Positions 58,921 through 64,000 of a DNA stretch of 64,000 nucleotides are shown piece by piece. Where the stretch lies: assembly GCA_964571255.1 (NCBI GenBank), contig CAZNAA010000001.1, positions 136,134 through 200,133 of the forward strand. The letters are read 5' to 3'. The stretch is from an uncultured Gammaproteobacteria bacterium (lineage in GTDB: Bacteria > Patescibacteriota > Microgenomatia > Levybacterales > UBA12049). Positions within the stretch are counted from its first letter, which is position 1. Each line of letters opens with the position of its first letter. The translations under genes were made by a program, and so were the position numbers. The notes beneath the pieces are model-generated. The model worked only from the letters and a program-made list of their open reading frames with translations. It did not search any database and was not told the origin of the DNA.

Positions 58921-59241
58921 TTATATATTAGCCATTCTTTTTCTTTTTGCTTCTTCAAGATCATTTCCTGCTTGTAAGGTTCTTCGTAATATTGAAAGTC
59001 TCTCACGATCAACTACGTTAAGTGCTAGTCCTAATCCTACTGCTTGAATATCAAGGCTTCTTCTTTCTGCTTCAGCATAACTGCCTTGCCAATTAGCAAT
59101 ATCGTTATGCGTACCTCTTAAAGTTTTATCCCATCCCACAGTAGTTAACGCTTCGTGAACCGCAGGTAAACGCCCTAAGAATTCCTCATCAATATAAGGC
59201 TGTTCTTCATCTCTTCCATCTTCTTTTAATGCTTCTGCCAT
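58921..59241 (-). CDS. Hypothetical small protein
   Basis: 106-aa ORF between gyrA and ppa. Confidence 0.35.
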   Translation of the reverse strand: MAEALKEDGRDEEQPYIDEEFLGRLPAVHEALTTVGWDKTLRGTHNDIANWQGSYAEAERRSLDIQAVGLGLALNVVDRERLSILRRTLQAGNDLEEAKRKRMANI

Positions 59242-59262
59242 GTGTCACCTCCTTTCTTTGTT

Positions 59263-59778
59263 TCATTTCATAGATTTTGTCAGTGCATCGATTGCTGCTG
59301 ATTTATTCTTCCATTCTTTCACTTTTACCCATTTTTCTGGCTCAAGTGTCTTATAATTTTCAAAGAAGTGCTTTACTTTGTTTGTAATAGCTTCAGGAAC
59401 ATCTGTGATATCTTGAAATACTCCGTAGAGTGGATCAATCTTTTTAGTAGGAACTGCAAGTACTTTTGTATCAATTCCTGCCTCATCCTCCATCTCAAGC
59501 ATCCCAATGATTTGACACGGCATGACTGTTCCAGGAAGGACTGCTCGATCACTTAATACAAGAATATCAAGTGGATCTCCATCTTCTGCAAGAGTGCCTG
59601 GAACAAATCCATAATTGAAAGGATACGTCATGGCTGTATGCAAAAATCTATCAACCATAATAATACCGGAATCCTTGTCTAGTTCATACTTAATGTCCCC
59701 ATCTTTTAGGATTTCAATAAAAACATTAACAAGTCCCTCTTGTGGGTTTTTTCCTGTTTGTAATTTAGTTATATCCAT
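59263..59778 (-). CDS. ppa: Inorganic pyrophosphatase (family I)
   Basis: DGDPLDILVL and the YPFNYGFVP.T motifs. Confidence 0.85.
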   Translation of the reverse strand: MDITKLQTGKNPQEGLVNVFIEILKDGDIKYELDKDSGIIMVDRFLHTAMTYPFNYGFVPGTLAEDGDPLDILVLSDRAVLPGTVMPCQIIGMLEMEDEAGIDTKVLAVPTKKIDPLYGVFQDITDVPEAITNKVKHFFENYKTLEPEKWVKVKEWKNKSAAIDALTKSMK

Positions 59779-59851
59779 TACTCTTCACCTCCATTCTGTA
59801 AGCTAAAGCCTACACGTATTTTATTTAATAGTTTACTATCAGGTTTGATCA

Positions 59852-60361
59852 TCAAAAGACGAAGTTCATCTTTTTTTCTGGGTCTTCTTGATAACAGGGA
59901 GTCCCTTCAATAACAGTATATCCTGGAGGATACTCATCAATATCAGAAACTCCAAAATGTGTTTGATAATCATTGACAGGCGTGTCTTTTACTTGAAACA
60001 TCCCTATTAATCTTTGTGCCATTGCTACTCTGTTTCCTTCAGAAATACCACCTACTCTTACACTTAGACTAAAAAATCCTGCTTCTCTTAAATCTTTCTC
60101 ATTCCCTAGTATAATGGTTCCATCAGTATTTAAACCAGCAACTGGCTCAACTGAGTCTGTACGGTCTAATTCTTCATTTGCTTCTATAATTCGATATAAA
60201 GTTATCTCTACTGGGCCTACTCCAGCTATGTTTCTCCATCCACTATGAATTTCTGAAAAATTCTCATTTTCCGTAATTTCTAAAGGTGTATCTTCATCAA
60301 AAAAAGAAACTTCTCGAGACGGTTCTTGTAATTTATCTTGTACTGGTTCTTGGTCACTCAT
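59852..60361 (-). CDS. Hypothetical acidic protein
   Basis: 169-aa ORF immediately downstream of gyrB. Confidence 0.4.
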   Translation of the reverse strand: MSDQEPVQDKLQEPSREVSFFDEDTPLEITENENFSEIHSGWRNIAGVGPVEITLYRIIEANEELDRTDSVEPVAGLNTDGTIILGNEKDLREAGFFSLSVRVGGISEGNRVAMAQRLIGMFQVKDTPVNDYQTHFGVSDIDEYPPGYTVIEGTPCYQEDPEKKMNFVF

Positions 60362-60363
60362 AT

Positions 60364-62325
<1,962 letters not shown>

Positions 62326-62375
62326 CTAATTATACACAGGGTGTCAAGTAAGAGCAAGCGACCTAGTTGGAGGAG

Positions 62376-63464
62376 CTAAAACTCTTCAATAATTTGATGA
62401 TAGTAGTGTACGCATGTGTCAATTTTCTCTATAAGACAATATTCATTTGCTTTATGAATAGTCTCTCTTTCTCCTGGCCCTAGAACTACTGCTGGAATAT
62501 TTTTTTCTGTAAAGAAACACATATCATTTGACCAGCTTGAGGCAACGATATTCGCATTTGTTACCTGTTTTGTTATTTCTACAATTTTTTCTTTTCCTTC
62601 TGTATATCCATACGAGACGGGAGTATATGTATATTCAATCTTGGCAGGTGTTACGATTGTCTGGACTTCTTTTTTTACCCGGCTATGAAGAGGAGGTGTT
62701 GTTCTGACGTCAAATGTTGCTTTGCACGTATCAGGAAATTTATTCGGACTAGTACTGTCTCCTGCTGAGATTGACGTGAGTAATCCAATAGTTGGATCTC
62801 CAAGTACAGGATCTGAGTACTTTTCTTTCCAGGTTCTTTCTAGCCTTTTTAACTTATTTACTATTTCGATCATTTCCAAAACAGCATGGGTTTTTATCTT
62901 AGACGGTGCAGATCCATGACCACTTTGTCCTTTAGTTGTAATAGTGAGAAAGATATTCCCTTTATGAGCTATCTCAATTTCGCTAAGTCCAGTTGGTTCA
63001 CCTAGAATTCCAGCAACTTCTTTGTACTGTGTCCTTTCGTATTTTTCAAACCACTCCAAAACTTCTTTTGTTCCTGATCCATCTATTTCTTCACGAGCAA
63101 CAAAGGTTAAGAATACATCACAAGAAGGCTTTCTTATTGATAGAGTTTTGGCTAGATATAAAAGAGTCGCAATGGTTGCTTTCTCATCGCTTGCTCCAAT
63201 CCCATACATTTTGCCATTTTTCACTACTCCTTCAAGAGGAGGTGTTTTCCAACTTGTTCTATCTCCAATTGCAACCGTGTCAACATGAGCGTTAAAAATA
63301 AGCGCTTTATTCTGACTTTCTCCTTTAATCTTCACCAGAAGATTGTCTCCGATAGTAATAGGCGTGAATGAAAGATTTTGTAAGTACTTTTTTATGTACG
63401 CTACAATTTCTTCCTCACTACCGGAGATTGAGTTGATCCCAATTAGGCTACGCAGAATATCCAT
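62376..63464 (-). CDS. M20-family metallopeptidase (ArgE/DapE-like deacylase)
   Basis: Metal ligands AHVDTV...GASDEK...EE and a dimerisation-domain insert. Confidence 0.75.
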   Translation of the reverse strand: MDILRSLIGINSISGSEEEIVAYIKKYLQNLSFTPITIGDNLLVKIKGESQNKALIFNAHVDTVAIGDRTSWKTPPLEGVVKNGKMYGIGASDEKATIATLLYLAKTLSIRKPSCDVFLTFVAREEIDGSGTKEVLEWFEKYERTQYKEVAGILGEPTGLSEIEIAHKGNIFLTITTKGQSGHGSAPSKIKTHAVLEMIEIVNKLKRLERTWKEKYSDPVLGDPTIGLLTSISAGDSTSPNKFPDTCKATFDVRTTPPLHSRVKKEVQTIVTPAKIEYTYTPVSYGYTEGKEKIVEITKQVTNANIVASSWSNDMCFFTEKNIPAVVLGPGERETIHKANEYCLIEKIDTCVHYYHQIIEEF

Positions 63465-63465
63465 A

Positions 63466-63969
63466 TTACTTCTCTATATGAGTCAGATTATATGGTGTAT
63501 CACAGCACTTAAATTCAGTACAAGTTCCCAGTAACTGAGGATTTCTTGGACATTGGGCACAAGGTTCCCATACTTCCTGATCTAGCTCTGCACACTGCAT
63601 TTCTGTTGCACCCAGTTTTTCAAATATAGGAGCACTTGCTTCATTTGCTAAAGCAAAAATAATTTTTCCTGGATATTTCTTTTTTGCTAACGCAATGGTC
63701 TCTTTGATTACCCGTGTTCCTCCCCCTTGTCCTCTCAGTTCTGAGTCTGTATATACTCCTCCAACCTCAACTGATCCATCTGGATATGTGTAGGTAATTG
63801 CTCCGTGACTCATCTCCCTTCCATCGTTATTCATAACGACTACTGAATTTCCAGCCTGAAAGAGTTTTAATATATCCTCAGGTGTCTTAGGAATCATACT
63901 CCCTGCACTGGCTGTCCAGGCGGCAATTTTTCCCGCAAGAGCAGTATCCGCTTCATTAGGATTTCTCAC
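63466..63969 (-). CDS. GNAT-family N-acetyltransferase with Cys-rich C-terminal tail
   Basis: Motif A LRGQGGGTRVI, and a C-terminal CxxC...C...CC cluster. Confidence 0.55.
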   Translation of the reverse strand: MRNPNEADTALAGKIAAWTASAGSMIPKTPEDILKLFQAGNSVVVMNNDGREMSHGAITYTYPDGSVEVGGVYTDSELRGQGGGTRVIKETIALAKKKYPGKIIFALANEASAPIFEKLGATEMQCAELDQEVWEPCAQCPRNPQLLGTCTEFKCCDTPYNLTHIEK

Positions 63970-64000
63970 ACTAAACTGAGCGTGTTTTTCATTTCCGTTT

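Overview
This is a low-GC (about 36-38%), gene-dense bacterial chromosomal window. It uses the standard genetic code: TGA acts as a stop (for example at 37025-37027) and very long ORFs are intact. The many small secreted or membrane hypotheticals and the gene content suggest an uncultivated, possibly Patescibacteria/CPR-like lineage; this is inference only. Recognisable core genes include rpsF-ssb-rpsR, ychF, prfA, rpmE, hisS, dnaB, efp, folD, gyrB, gyrA, ppa, msrB, yebC, a Xer-type recombinase, and the HtrA and S41 proteases. There are two tRNAs: a type-II Ser-like tRNA at 1236-1323 and tRNA-Leu(CAA) at 35924-36006. Unusual features: (1) a T-box-like leader (F-box, T-box sequence with a UGGG bulge, intrinsic terminator) upstream of an operon made of a 444-aa unknown protein plus hisS; (2) a 449-aa LAGLIDADG intein in GyrA at the catalytic-Tyr site; (3) a roughly 0.7-kb high-GC segment abutting the 3' end of tRNA-Leu, whose acceptor stem is mismatched; (4) a 1.4-kb ORF-free convergent intergenic region (43905-45325); (5) a locus of an ABC exporter, a parvulin-like foldase and two secreted PT-repeat proteins, two of which share the identical post-TM motif QNQDVRQRA. 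No CRISPR array or obvious IS element was seen.
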